Part shown: one piece after another, positions 8,052 to 16,700 of the stretch
Layout: each line of letters starts with the position of its first letter
Position numbering within the stretch: the stretch's first letter is position 1
Source of the DNA: a virus
Taxonomy: Duplodnaviria; Caudoviricetes
Strand: one strand, 5' to 3'
DNA length: 24,152 nt
Virus record (IMG/VR): IMGVR_UViG_3300046710_000032
Span: 1 to 24,152 of that record
Notes under the pieces: model-generated
The model's database searches: none
Told to the model about the DNA's origin: nothing
The model's input: the letters and a program-made list of their open reading frames with translations, nothing else
Position numbers and translations under genes: made by a program

Positions 8052-9062
8052 ATGGCAACCGCACTTGCAGTGACATCGCTCACGCTGCTGGATTGGGCCA
8101 AGCGGCTCGATCCGGACGGCAAGGTTCCGGTCATCGTGGAACTGCTCTCGCAGACGAACGAGATCCTCGAGGATATGACGTTCGTCGAGGGCAACCTCCC
8201 GACCGGGCATCGGGTCACGATTCGCACCGGGCTCCCGACGGTCTACTGGCGCCTCCTGAATCAGGGCGTGCTGACGTCGAAGAGCCGCACCGCGCAGGTC
8301 GACGAGAACTGCGGGATGCTCGAGGGCTGGTCAGAGGTCGACAAGGATCTGCTGATGTTGAACGGCAACACGGCAGCCTTCCGACTGTCCGAAGCTCGCG
8401 CGTATCTCGAAGCGATGAATCAGGAGATGGCGTCGACCCTCTTCTACGGCAACGCCGGCTTGGCTCCGGAGGAGTTCACGGGCCTGTCGGCTCGCTACTC
8501 CCTCAGCACCGCCGGCAACGGCAAGAACGTCATCAAGGGCGGCGGGTCGGGGAGCGACAACTCCTCGATGTGGCTGATCTGTTGGGGGCCGGAGACCGTC
8601 TTCGGACTCTTCCCGAAGGGCAGCAAGGCGGGCCTCATCCACGAGGACAAGGGTGAGCAGGTCATCCAGAACGCCGGGGGCGTGACCGGGGCGAAGATGG
8701 TCGCCATGACCGACCGCTTCCAGTGGAAGGCGGGGCTGTGTGTCAAGGATTGGCGCTACGTCGTCCGGATCTGCAACATCGACATCTCGGACCTCGTCGC
8801 CAATGCCGGGTCGCAGGCGGTTCTGCTGAACTTCATGGCGAAGGCGATCCACCGCATTCCGTCGCTCGGGATGGGGCGGCCCGTGTTCTACGCCAATCGG
8901 ACGGTGCTCGAGATGCTCGACATCCAGCAGACGGCGGCGGTCAGCGCGGGCGGGGGTCTGACGTTCGACAACGTCGATGGGAAGCGCAAGGCGACGTTCC
9001 GGGGCATCCCGATCAAGACGTGCGACGCCCTGCTCGAAGCGGAGACGCCGGCCGTCAGCTAG
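8052..9062 (+). CDS. Major capsid protein (BPP-1 Bbp17-like, HK97 fold)
   Basis: TLLDWAKRLDPDG, IVELLSQTNEILED, EGNLPTGH..TIRTGLP, VKDWRYVVRICNID, FRGIPIKTCDALL; CAGGAG SD. Confidence 0.93.
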   Translation: MATALAVTSLTLLDWAKRLDPDGKVPVIVELLSQTNEILEDMTFVEGNLPTGHRVTIRTGLPTVYWRLLNQGVLTSKSRTAQVDENCGMLEGWSEVDKDLLMLNGNTAAFRLSEARAYLEAMNQEMASTLFYGNAGLAPEEFTGLSARYSLSTAGNGKNVIKGGGSGSDNSSMWLICWGPETVFGLFPKGSKAGLIHEDKGEQVIQNAGGVTGAKMVAMTDRFQWKAGLCVKDWRYVVRICNIDISDLVANAGSQAVLLNFMAKAIHRIPSLGMGRPVFYANRTVLEMLDIQQTAAVSAGGGLTFDNVDGKRKATFRGIPIKTCDALLEAETPAVS

Positions 9063-9119
9063 AACGAGCGGACACGATGGTCCTGGCCGGGTCCCGTTGT
9101 CGGGACTCGGCACTCGTTC
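9062..9119 (+). other. Intergenic structured RNA element (three-way junction)
   Basis: GAACGAG 9062-9068 pairs with CTCGTTC 9113-9119 and encloses a GGAC/GTCC hairpin (9070-9083) and an 11-bp stem (9086-9096 with 9101-9111, TTGT loop). Confidence 0.6.
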
Positions 9120-9156
9120 ACTGGTCAACCTGTTACGTTCACGAAGGAGATCAACC

Positions 9157-9600
9157 ATGTTCCTCGATAAGCTCTTGGTCGTGTCGGACGCGCAGACGGT
9201 CACGGCTGCGGACACCGACCTGTCGGACTACAGCATCGACACCGGGATGGTGGATTCGGAGGTTGGCACCGGTGAGGAGATCGGCTTCGGCGTGTCGATC
9301 GACACCCTCGCCGTGCTGACGGGTGGGGAAACCTACACGTTCCAGGTCATCGAGTCGGCCGCCGCGGCACTCTCTGGTCCGGTCGTGCTGACGAGCCGGC
9401 TCATGGCGGCGACGGACCTCGTCGCGGGTGCGCGGTTCTTCCTGCCGATTCCGATCGGCAAGCCGCTCCTGCAGTATCTCGGGCTGCAGGTCGTCAAGGC
9501 GGGCGCCGCGTCGTCCGTCACCTTCACGGCCTGGCTGACGAGCCGCTCGCTCTTCAACATGCTCGCGAAGGCGTATCCGTCGGGCTACACGATCAGCTAG
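9157..9600 (+). CDS. Capsid cement/decoration protein (Bbp16-like)
   Basis: AAGGAG SD, ATG 9157; MFLDKLLVVSDAQTVTA...YLGL...FTAWLT...AYPSGYTI; immediately follows the major capsid gene. Confidence 0.85.
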   Translation: MFLDKLLVVSDAQTVTAADTDLSDYSIDTGMVDSEVGTGEEIGFGVSIDTLAVLTGGETYTFQVIESAAAALSGPVVLTSRLMAATDLVAGARFFLPIPIGKPLLQYLGLQVVKAGAASSVTFTAWLTSRSLFNMLAKAYPSGYTIS

Positions 9601-9618
9601 GTCCGCGCGATGCCTAAA

Positions 9619-9670
9619 GGCTGCCGGTGGCACCGAACGCGGCCGGCAGCCGTTTCCTGTCTCTCGTTTC
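9619..9670 (+). terminator. Probable intrinsic terminator after the capsid and cement genes
   Basis: 9-bp inverted repeat GGCTGCCGG (9619-9627) / CCGGCAGCC (9643-9651) followed by pyrimidine-rich GTTTCCTGTCTCTCGTTTC; the U-tract is imperfect. Confidence 0.6.
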
Positions 9671-9686
9671 TCCGTGGAGGATTCTG

Positions 9687-10043
9687 ATGGCAAAGTCACA
9701 CGCGGCGCTACCCACACACCGAGCGCCGACACCGATCAACATCGAACCGACGCCGGCCGCCTCCGCGCCAACCGTCAGCGCGCCGAAGCGCCTGAAGGTC
9801 CGGGCCATCGAAGTCGGCTACTACGAACACCGCCGCATCCGTCTCGGGGACGTCTTCGTCCTCTCGGACGCGCGCCACTTCACCTCCCGATGGATGGAGC
9901 GGGTCGACGCGGCGACCCCGGAGAAGATCACCACGGGCCGCGAGGCGCTCGCCACCGAACACCGGGGCATCATGCAGCGGGCCGCCGGCATCCCGACAGA
10001 CGTCGACCTGCCGCCGGGCATGGATCCGGGCGTCCTCGGCTAA
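9687..10043 (+). CDS. Hypothetical head-module protein
   Basis: GGAGG SD, ATG 9687; KVRAIEVGYY...GDVF...WMERV resembles small post-capsid phage proteins. Confidence 0.75.
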   Translation: MAKSHAALPTHRAPTPINIEPTPAASAPTVSAPKRLKVRAIEVGYYEHRRIRLGDVFVLSDARHFTSRWMERVDAATPEKITTGREALATEHRGIMQRAAGIPTDVDLPPGMDPGVLG

Positions 10044-10075
10044 CCGGGGCCGTCCTGGGACAAGGAGAACGATCG

Positions 10076-10597
10076 ATGACACTCAACAGACTCCGACTCA
10101 TCCCGGCGCTGCTCGTGCTGGCCTTTCTGCTCGGCTCGCCGCCTCGGGCGGTCGCGCAACTCGCCGGCCCGGACAACATCACGGCTCAGGACGCGGGGGC
10201 GTGCGCCACGGCGGGCGCGTGCGTGTCCTACGGGCTCGGCACGAACGCCACATTTACGATTGACATCTCCGGGACGTTTACCGGCACCCTCACCTTCGAG
10301 GGCACGGTCAACGGCGTGGACTGGCGGACCATTACGGTCACAAGTCCGGCGAACCTCTCCCTGGCGACAACTGCCACGGCGGGCGGCTCCTGGACGGTCT
10401 CGAACGTGGGCCTACAAGCGGTTCGGCTCCGGGCGGGGACCTTCACAGGCGGAGGGACGGCGATTATCTACGGTCGGAGGGGCTACATGCTGGCGCTGCG
10501 AGCGCAGCCCACTCCGGCCGCGTCGGGCGTGCGCTTCCTGTGCATCAACACGGCCGGGCTCGTCGTTAGTCAAGCGGCGGCATGTAGCGGCACCTAG
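10076..10597 (+). CDS. Predicted exported beta-sandwich protein with Sec signal peptide
   Basis: AAGGAG SD, ATG 10076; MTLNRLR-LIPALLVLAFLLG-SPPRAVA|Q has n/h/c signal peptide regions; two Cys pairs. Confidence 0.75.
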   Translation: MTLNRLRLIPALLVLAFLLGSPPRAVAQLAGPDNITAQDAGACATAGACVSYGLGTNATFTIDISGTFTGTLTFEGTVNGVDWRTITVTSPANLSLATTATAGGSWTVSNVGLQAVRLRAGTFTGGGTAIIYGRRGYMLALRAQPTPAASGVRFLCINTAGLVVSQAAACSGT

Positions 10598-11611
10598 ATG
10601 TCGAGAGACAAAGCCTCGCGCGTCCGGACGGTCTCCTTCATGCCGCAACGACGGCAGGACGGCACGCCCCTGTCGGTCGAGGGACTGCATGGTCAGCTCG
10701 CCGATCCTCAGCCAGTGTCGGCGAGTCCGCACGATCTACTGTCTACAACGCACGCGGACACGCTTCCGGCATCCGTCGCTGACGGGTCGATCATCATCGG
10801 CAACGTCACCCCGAAGTGGGCGGCGCTGGCGATCTCCGTTCCCGCTGCGGGCTTGATCAATCACCTCGCCGTGGCGAATGGTGAGACTCGCCCCTCATGG
10901 AAAGCCTTGTTCGATGCGACGGTGCCCACCACGATTGCTGAGAGTGCGGCAGCGGCAGCGGGAACAGCGGTTGTGGCGGCTCGGCGGGATCATACGCATG
11001 GGAGTCCTGCGACGTTTCCTCCCACCGCCCACAACGTGCTGTCCGCCTCCCATGGAGACGCACTGGCCGATACGGTGGCACGTGGGGATGTGTTGTACGG
11101 GAACGCGACGCCTAAGTGGGCACGGCTGGGGCTGACCGCGAACGCCGTGGTGGGATCGGATGCGACCGATGTGAAGTGGCTCACCACGCTGCCCGCAGCG
11201 GTGCAGGCCAACATCGGCGGGCATGGGGCGTGGACCGCCCACCCCTTCAATGCGGGCGACTTCACGGCGGGCGGCGCAATGACGTGGACGGTCGCCGCGG
11301 GCGACGTAACGAACTTCACGTACCTCATCATGGGCAAGACGATGTTTCTCAGCGTGCTTCTGACCGCTACGACGGTCGGGGGGACGCCGGGGCAGGACTT
11401 GCGGATTGCCATTCCCGGCGGCAAGCTCGCGCAGACGGTGTGTGGCCTGATCATTTCCGTCAACGACAATGGCGGAGGGCTCCAGCCCGGGATCGCGTAC
11501 GCGGCGGCGGGTGCGGCGTATTTCGGTATCTACCGTACGGCGCTGGCAAATTGGTCGGCTTCGACCAACAACACAGCCGTCAATCTGTTCGCCATCTTTG
11601 AGATTCAGTAG
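10598..11611 (+). CDS. Putative tail fibre / receptor-binding protein
   Basis: Ala/Gly/Thr-rich; two ~34-aa repeats ending GN.TPKW; ARRDHTH motif; C-terminal beta domain. Confidence 0.65.
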   Translation: MSRDKASRVRTVSFMPQRRQDGTPLSVEGLHGQLADPQPVSASPHDLLSTTHADTLPASVADGSIIIGNVTPKWAALAISVPAAGLINHLAVANGETRPSWKALFDATVPTTIAESAAAAAGTAVVAARRDHTHGSPATFPPTAHNVLSASHGDALADTVARGDVLYGNATPKWARLGLTANAVVGSDATDVKWLTTLPAAVQANIGGHGAWTAHPFNAGDFTAGGAMTWTVAAGDVTNFTYLIMGKTMFLSVLLTATTVGGTPGQDLRIAIPGGKLAQTVCGLIISVNDNGGGLQPGIAYAAAGAAYFGIYRTALANWSASTNNTAVNLFAIFEIQ

Positions 11612-11621
11612 GAGCCCTGAC

Positions 11622-12203
11622 ATGCCGCTGATCGCCCGCGTCCTGCCGCCCGCGGAGTGGCCCCGAATCCTCACCGAACAGCCCGAGAGTCCGCTCGCGC
11701 AGCAGTTCGCGGCGAATGGGATCCCTGACCCAGCTAGTGCGCGGATCTGTATTGTTGAGCGCGAAGGGCGTATCGTGGGGTCGTGGATGATCTTCATGGC
11801 GTGTCACGCCGAGCCGGTGTATGTGAACGAGGACGCGCGCACGCCCTCGGTCATCAAGGCGCTGCTGGAGCAGATGGTCACCGCGCTGCAGGCTGAGGGG
11901 GTTACCCACGCGTTCGCACTGATTGCGGATGTGGACTTGCTGAAGAACGCGCCAATGGCACACCACTTGGGATTTCAGAAGGCGCCGGGCGAGCCGCCCG
12001 AGGTGCTCACGGCGATTGGCGATCTGGATTGGGTCAAGCAGGGGGTGCCGCTCATCATGGGCCAGCGCAGTACTGCAGCCCTGGATCGCCGTGCGGTTCA
12101 GCGAGGGTACCAGAACTACGCGGATCTGGTCGCGAAGGCGCAGCGCGGCGGACAGGGAAGGGGCGATTTCGTGTCATCAGTCGGCCCGTGTCCGGCCCTA
12201 TGA
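11622..12203 (+). CDS. GNAT-fold protein with atypical C-terminal extension
   Basis: AGGAG SD, ATG 11622; ICIVEREGRIVG, HAEPVYVNEDAR, ALLEQM, HLGFQK follow GNAT topology. Confidence 0.6.
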   Translation: MPLIARVLPPAEWPRILTEQPESPLAQQFAANGIPDPASARICIVEREGRIVGSWMIFMACHAEPVYVNEDARTPSVIKALLEQMVTALQAEGVTHAFALIADVDLLKNAPMAHHLGFQKAPGEPPEVLTAIGDLDWVKQGVPLIMGQRSTAALDRRAVQRGYQNYADLVAKAQRGGQGRGDFVSSVGPCPAL

Positions 12204-12222
12204 GGAACCAGTAGAGGAGACT

Positions 12223-12681
12223 ATGGGCAACCAAATCCCCAAATCCGGCAACGTGACACTAGAAAATGGCGAACTCCTGTTCAAGAAGGACAATGGGGAA
12301 ATTGTGGGCAGGGTGTTCATCGGACCAGATGGTCCGGTCCTCCAAGGCGAGATGACACAGTGGCAGGATGAGGATCCTCCCAAGTGGCGATTCGCGTCCT
12401 CCTATGCGTCGTGGCGCGGGACACTAGGCGCAGTCAGTTTCAACGTGGTGCGACCAGACGGGCGACAGGATGAGGTGGCATTCATTCGGGGGTGCCTCGC
12501 GGAAGATGTCCATCCGGGCGAACTGCGCGGACAGGTCGAAACCCGCATCTGCACGGAATCAGGCCAAGAGCCGAAATTGGCTCAGATCATCACCACGGCC
12601 TACACGCTCGCTGAGTATGGTATGCGCCGGATCGTGGTGTGTTGCAAGGGCCTGATGAACGGCCTCTGGAAGTTTGAATGA
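12223..12681 (+). CDS. Hypothetical protein
   Basis: GAGGAG SD, ATG 12223; 152 aa; no recognised motif. Confidence 0.7.
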   Translation: MGNQIPKSGNVTLENGELLFKKDNGEIVGRVFIGPDGPVLQGEMTQWQDEDPPKWRFASSYASWRGTLGAVSFNVVRPDGRQDEVAFIRGCLAEDVHPGELRGQVETRICTESGQEPKLAQIITTAYTLAEYGMRRIVVCCKGLMNGLWKFE

Positions 12682-12689
12682 GGGGGAGT

Positions 12690-13118
12690 ATGACGACGAC
12701 ACTCGGGGCACTCGCAAACGCGGAACCGATCCTGAACGAACTGGCGAAGGTCAAGCGACCGGCGAAGGATCGCTACCACATGGGACGGCTGATCGCTGCG
12801 GTTCGTGCTGAGATCCAGCATTTCCAGACCGAACGGGAGGCGTTGGTCCGGGAATTAGGCGAAGAACGCGAGGCGACCCCGATGGAGAGGCAAATGGGCC
12901 GGGGCGACACGCTGTTCGCGGTCTTTCCGGCCAACATCCCCGAGTTTGTCAAGCGGGTCAACGAATTGGCCGCCGTCACGGTCGAGATCGATGACAAGTG
13001 GCTGTTGACCCCGGATCTCCTCAAGGACGATGCGCTCTCGGTCGACGACGAGATCGCATTGGGAGACCTCTTCATGGCCCCACCCGACTACTGGCTACAC
13101 GGTGAGGAAGCGCCGTAG
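12690..13118 (+). CDS. DUF1617-like helical phage protein (tail-fibre associated)
   Basis: GGGGGAG SD; TLGALANA...L.ELA...P.K..Y...R...E...F..ERE.LV.E.GE pattern; 12678 is an alternative start. Confidence 0.65.
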   Translation: MTTTLGALANAEPILNELAKVKRPAKDRYHMGRLIAAVRAEIQHFQTEREALVRELGEEREATPMERQMGRGDTLFAVFPANIPEFVKRVNELAAVTVEIDDKWLLTPDLLKDDALSVDDEIALGDLFMAPPDYWLHGEEAP

Positions 13119-13131
13119 AAAGAGAATCACC

Positions 13132-13569
13132 ATGACCATGACGCACGCCGCGACCAGTATCGCTACGCCGCTTGTCGCCGCCGGGGGACTCGTCGCCGCA
13201 GCGGTCTACACCGCTCCGGAGTGGCTGCTGATCATCGGCGGGCTCGTGACGCTTGTCGCGGCGATCGGTGGCGTAATCGTGAACGTCATCATGGCCGTCA
13301 AGACGAAGACCGTCGTCGATGCCATCCACGCAACGACCACGGGCGCTCAGACGACGACCAATGACACCCTCGCGGAAGCGAAGGTCATCACCGGCCACGT
13401 CAACAGTCAAGCGTCGTTGCAGAACGCGAAGATCGACGCACTGCAGAAAGACCTCGAACTCTTCAAGACGATCGTCGCGGACATGAAGCAGGCGGCGGCG
13501 CTCCTCGCACAAAAGGCGGCGACGACGGAAGCGGTGACGGTTGCGGCAGGCACGAAAATCTCCCAATAG
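13132..13569 (+). CDS. Membrane protein with coiled-coil tail (holin-like candidate)
   Basis: Hydrophobic segments PLVAAGGLVAAAVY and WLLIIGGLVTLVAAIGGVIVNVIMAV, then a helical region; tandem Met starts at 13132 and 13138. Confidence 0.65.
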   Translation: MTMTHAATSIATPLVAAGGLVAAAVYTAPEWLLIIGGLVTLVAAIGGVIVNVIMAVKTKTVVDAIHATTTGAQTTTNDTLAEAKVITGHVNSQASLQNAKIDALQKDLELFKTIVADMKQAAALLAQKAATTEAVTVAAGTKISQ

Positions 13570-13583
13570 AAAGAGGGGAATCC

Positions 13584-13730
13584 ATGAGCCCGATTCTCTT
13601 GATCTTAGTTCTTCTGCTCCTGTTCGGGGGCGGGGGAACCTACTACGGTGGGCCGCAGACCGGGGCGATCAGCCTGGGCGGGCTGCTGCTGATCCTGCTG
13701 ATCCTCTATATCCTGGGCTTCTTCCGGTAA
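13584..13730 (+). CDS. 48-aa two-helix membrane protein (DUF3309-like), absent from the ORF track
   Basis: GAGGGG SD; hand translation MSPILLILVLLLLFGGGGTYYGGPQTGAISLGGLLLILLILYILGFFR*; fills the gap between its neighbours. Confidence 0.8.
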   Translation: MSPILLILVLLLLFGGGGTYYGGPQTGAISLGGLLLILLILYILGFFR

Positions 13731-13745
13731 TAGGCGAGGGGACCG

Positions 13746-16700
13746 ATGGCAAAGATCCAATATCTCACCTTCGAGGTTCACCTTCAGGACGCGACCCTCG
13801 TCGCGCAACTTCAGGGGACGCCTCCGGGTGAAACCTCGAAGCAGGGCACGGCGGTCAACGCGATCATCCGGGCGCCGGAAACGGGCGCCGATGTCGAGTT
13901 CCAGACGACCGACGTGCATCCGCTCCCGCTCATCGGTCCGAAGGACACCGTCCCGACCACGCCCTACATCTATAGCGAGTGGTTCACCGACGGCAACAAC
14001 TTCCCGCGCAACGTGGCGACGTTCGTCCGGAAGTCGGGAGGGTGGTTCGGAATCCCCTGGCTGTTCGGCACCACGGTCCGCTTCTACTGGCGCGGGGTGT
14101 TCGTCTACGACGCGCCGCAAGACTCCGCGACCGGCGACGCCGGGGGACCGCGCGCAGCGATCGCGGTCCGCCGCTGGATCGACACCTTCCAACTCTTCGA
14201 ACCGACCGCCCTCGATCCTGGCGATGGTGCGACGGAGATGTCGGCGTTCATGTCCCGCGATGCGGCCCGAGCCGTGGACGGCTACGGCTTCGCGATGCGC
14301 GGGCTGGCCGGCGTGCGAACCCGGTTCCTCACGGGGAACCACGGTGGCAACGCCATCGTGACGCCGCTCGCGCACGAATCGTGGGAACGCCTCTACGTGC
14401 GACTCCGGAAAGTCCCGACCGCGGCCGTGACGTTCTGGTGCTGTCGGAATTCGATTTCGAATCAGGCCGGGGCGGTTCTGCAAATCAGCCCAAGCGGGCA
14501 GATCGTCGTCTCGAACCGCAACGCGGCCGGGACGATGGCGCTGCTCGGGTCTACCGTGGCCCTGGAGATCGACCGTTGGTATAAGCTCGACCTGCTTGTG
14601 CAGTACTGCCTCGCGGCGGCCACGTCAGGCCAGATTCAGGTTTATCTCAACGGCGAACCGGCTCTAATTGGAACCGTGGCCGATTCGCAGGGCGGGATGG
14701 GTCAAGCGGCGGCCCACAACACGAGCGAAATAGGATCGCCCGTCGCTCACACGATGGAGTTCGACATCGGCTTCTGGATGAACGCGCAGATTCCGGCTCA
14801 GACGCCGCTGACATGGAACGCACAGCGGGCGGACTCAAATCTTCCATCGATCACCGGCCTCGATTGGGTGAACGGCAGTCGCGGCGTGCTGATTCGTCCA
14901 AGCGGCATGAGCGCCGATAACGCGGATTGGTCGACAAACTGGCGGCTCTTGATGCAGCGGCCGGCGCGGTTCGATTGGTCGCTCTGCGAGGGAGCCCTCA
15001 GCACCACGGCAGGAGCCAAACTTGCGGTGACAACCGATGCGGCACAGTCGGTCGAGGGCGTGCCTGGTTCGCTTGGCTGCGTCGCGTTCTATGTGGCGCT
15101 GTTCTCGTGGCGGGGCACGACGAGCGGCACACTCGGCTATAAGCTTCCGCCGGCGGCCGCGATCCTGGGCGCCATCATACAGCGGGAAGCGACCTATATC
15201 GGCTGGAACGGCGTCATGGTGAGCGTGTCCGGTCTATTGAGCCCGGCGGCGCTCACTGGCCTTGAACTTCAGCACGTCAAGGGCGCGGATACGACCTCGT
15301 CGAAGGTCGCGTGCCTGATGGCGTCGGCGGAACTGATCGGCACGTTCGGAGACGAGGACTATCCGCCCACCGTGCCGGTAGACCTGCGGGACCCGCTGCC
15401 CTTCCTCGGAATTCACAATGCGCCCTATCCGCGCACGCCCTGGGCGCGCACGGTCTCGCCGCCGTTCGTGCCGGTTGTCATCAAGTCCGGCACCTACGCG
15501 GGAAACAGCACCGGGCAAGAGCTGACCTTCCGGGCGCCGGTGCATTGGCTCTGGATTCGGCGCGTCACCGTCTCAGCGAACTCGCCGAAGACGATCCGTT
15601 GGTGGTCCTCGAAGCTCGGGGCCTCGCAAAAGGACGAAGAGAGTCCGAAGTCCTGGAACGTGCCCGACCAACTCATCGATCCGACCTTTGTCGTCACGCC
15701 GGCGGGCGGGGTTCCGACGGGAACCGGTGCGCTTCCCGATCGCGCTGACCAGGTCGTGACGCTCGTCGCCGCCAACATCGGCCTGCTCGACGGGACCAAC
15801 GAGAACAAGCTCGAGCTGCTGAAGCTGATCTGCCGGGCGCTCAATGCCGACAACGCCGGCGACGGAAACAATTGGGGCATCCTTCAGAAGCCTGCCGGCG
15901 TCGTGCCGACGGATATTCTCGTCTGGAAGCCGACCCTCGTGCACGTCGACGTCCTCAGCGACACCGGACCGATGTGGAACGTGATCGGCGTGATCGATTC
16001 GACCTGGTCGTGGCTGGCTGTGGACGCGGAGGGCGCACAAGAGCAGCAGACGATCGTGCGGATCGCCGGCGCGGACATCGAAGTCAATCAGACCGGACAG
16101 ACCTACGTCTACGTCGCAATCGCCGATCCAGGGCAACGCTACATGCTGAACGGCGCGAGCGCGCACGTCACGGCGAACATCGCGGGCCTCGTCCATGCGC
16201 TGATCGATACGGGCTTTACGCCGATCTGGGGCTGGTTCCAGAACGAACACCCGAACAATGGATCGGGTGTGGACATGATGGCGATCAAGGGTCCAGGGAA
16301 CGCGGCCGCGGCGCTCACGAAACTGAGCGGCTCGCAACTGGCCTCGGCTGTGACCTTCGGCGCCGGCACCCTCACGCTCGGGGCCGATGCGATGTTCGGG
16401 GCAACGGAGGTCGGGCTCAACTTCTCCCTCTTCCGGATGATCGAGCCGGGGAGCGTCGATCCGGGTCGCTTCGACGTGGTGCGCGTGACCACCTACACCG
16501 GCAACGGCGCCGGCGGCACGCGGTCGATCGCCCTGCCGAACCCGTCGGGGAAGCGTCCGCTCTGGGTAATCGTCCAGCCGAACACGGCGCTCGGTTACTT
16601 CAAGGACGCCTCGCACGCCGGAGGGAACTCCACCAAACTCTCGGACGGTAGCCAGCTCACCACCGCGATCGTCACGGGAGCCCCGGACGAGATTACCGTC

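Noticed and set aside
9062-9119. Hammerhead ribozyme or tRNA reading of the three-way junction
   Set aside because: It lacks the CUGANGA/GAAA core and the tRNA cloverleaf and T-loop signatures.
10598-11611. Diversity-generating retroelement target, expected from the BPP-1-like architecture
   Set aside because: No reverse transcriptase and no near-identical TR/VR pair differing at adenines in this window; the internal repeats are old and diverged. A DGR elsewhere in the genome cannot be excluded.
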